Below are positions 63,685 through 64,000 of a stretch of 64,000 bases of DNA, one piece after another. This stretch comes from Eledone cirrhosa (taxonomy: Eukaryota). The stretch lies in NCBI GenBank assembly GCA_964016885.1, contig CAXHJY010001589.1, forward strand, positions 6,862 through 70,861, given 5' to 3'. The stretch's first letter is position 1. Each line of letters starts with the position of its first letter. The notes under the pieces are model-generated. The model did not search any database and had not been told where the DNA came from. It worked only from the letters and a program-made list of their open reading frames with translations. Both the position numbers and the translations under genes were made by a program.

Positions 63685-64000
63685 AACATGAAAGAATCAG
63701 AAGGGGATGATTTGTCAAGAGGGTAAGCACCCACAGCTAGGTAGGTAGCTAATTAAAGTTTAACGAGAATTCAAATAGAGATAGGTTTTTAAAATGATTA
63801 ATCTGCTTTGTATATATTTCATTAAGTAAAGAAATATATTTCACCATCAATCGGTAAATCACAGTAGTCAAATTCCGGATCGTCAGCAGAGGATAAGATC
63901 TAACTATCTGTGTTTACACTGCAAATGCAAATCTGTGAATGACTAGAAGCACGTTATGCATTCAAAAATAAAATTCACACATGGTACTAGCATCATCCAG

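Overview
AT-rich eukaryotic (animal) DNA with no recognisable host gene. A tRNA-derived SINE resembling an abundant octopod family suggests a cephalopod source (inference). A large share of the window is imperfect (TA)n microsatellite, which produces the many spurious Tyr/Ile ORFs. Nearly every non-microsatellite island is a retroelement whose 3' end is fused to (TA)n. These include two CR1-type LINE families (one near full-length copy, 10314-14360), an RTE-type fragment, two Naiad-like Penelope-like element (PLE) families (one a ~8.5 kb tandem dimer) and several other GIY-YIG PLE fragments. There are also non-coding tandem repeats carrying type I hammerhead ribozymes (HHRs): two diverged families with the same 466-bp monomer and one 593-bp family. 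About 25 HHR or HHR-like motifs can be read by eye, several with unusual cores (U3-A8 swap, CCGAAGA, CAGAAGA, CUGAAYA) or 60-115 nt domain II insertions. The HHR elements are repeatedly inserted as head-to-head fusions with both 3' ends pointing out into (TA)n, at reproducible end points. The best candidate for an undescribed system is this (TA)n-targeted, probably PLE-mobilised set of HHR retrozyme-like elements and its apparent two-ended priming. All calls were made by eye, with no database search or folding computation.
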